Positions 63,748-64,000 of a DNA stretch of 64,000 nt are shown one piece after another. Position 1 is the stretch's first letter. Each line of letters starts with the position of its first letter. The position numbers and the translations under genes are program-made. The notes beneath the pieces were generated by a model. The model did no database searches, was not told the origin of the DNA, and was given only the letters and a program-made list of their open reading frames with translations. The DNA comes from a virus. Its lineage: Duplodnaviria > Heunggongvirae > Uroviricota > Caudoviricetes > Straboviridae. The DNA is taken from IMG/VR virus record IMGVR_UViG_2706796059_000001. One strand, written 5' to 3'.

Positions 63748-64000
63748 ATGTCATTAATTGCATGGTACCCTTTACATAAAGATCTTAAAGACTGGAGTGG
63801 CAATGAAAACCACTTGAGTGTTTATAACGATAGCGGTGCAATCGTAGATAGTCAAGGTAAATTGGGTATGTGTCAAGAGCGCACAGTTTACAATACTACT
63901 GACCATTTACGAAGTGAGCGCAAAGTTAATCTAAACAAAGATTTCACGTTGGCAGCGTGGATCAGACCAATGGGGAATTATCATCTTTCAACTGCGAATG
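63748..64000 (+). CDS. LamG/concanavalin-like lectin-fold protein, N-terminal part (continues past window end)
   Basis: MSLIAWYPLHKDLKDWSGNENHL... is the typical N-terminus of laminin-G-like jelly-roll proteins attached to fibres. Confidence 0.4.
   Translation, partial: MSLIAWYPLHKDLKDWSGNENHLSVYNDSGAIVDSQGKLGMCQERTVYNTTDHLRSERKVNLNKDFTLAAWIRPMGNYHLSTAN

Overview
This window is a T4-like (Straboviridae-type) phage segment with three parts. Part 1 (about 1.6-43 kb) is the virion morphogenesis module. Most of it sits on the minus strand, in near-T4 order: gp23, gp22, gp21, gp68, gp67, gp20, gp19, gp18, gp17, gp16, gp15, gp14, gp13, wac, two gp12 paralogs, gp11, gp10, gp9, gp8, gp7, gp6, gp25, a gp5.4-like PAAR protein, gp5, gp27, gp53 and a gp48-like protein. 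A plus-strand block follows (gp54-like, gp29 tape-measure-like, a small tube-fold protein). A tRNA nucleotidyltransferase (CCA-adding enzyme) is inserted next to gp23. Part 2 holds gp1 dNMP kinase, an Acb1-like 2H phosphoesterase and early promoters. Part 3 (about 45.3-54.6 kb) is a very large tRNA island: about 28 canonical tRNAs, interspersed small ORFs, and several unusual tRNA-like genes. Part 4 (54.9-64 kb) is an accessory region with fibre/adhesin-like genes, a vWA/DUF2828-like protein, a CheY-like receiver ORF and small basic proteins. Gene content, GC and the tRNA count are consistent with schizo-T-even vibriophages of the KVP40 type. That assignment is from memory, not a search. The main points worth a second look are: (a) five tRNA-like genes carrying 40-60 nt insertions at the anticodon position that contain CT-GNNA-AG tetraloop hairpins; (b) three class-I-shaped tRNAs with leucine anticodons and no class-II tRNA-Leu; (c) repeated sequence elements in the tRNA island; (d) an inverted about 60-bp repeat with TTAGT iteron-like arrays flanking the 26-kb baseplate/tail-fibre block; and (e) several non-T4 insertions in the structural module (an SPFH lipoprotein, a 182-aa ORF between gp15 and gp16, and a gp15 C-terminal repeat extension). 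All tRNA coordinates were parsed by hand and may be off by 1-2 nt.
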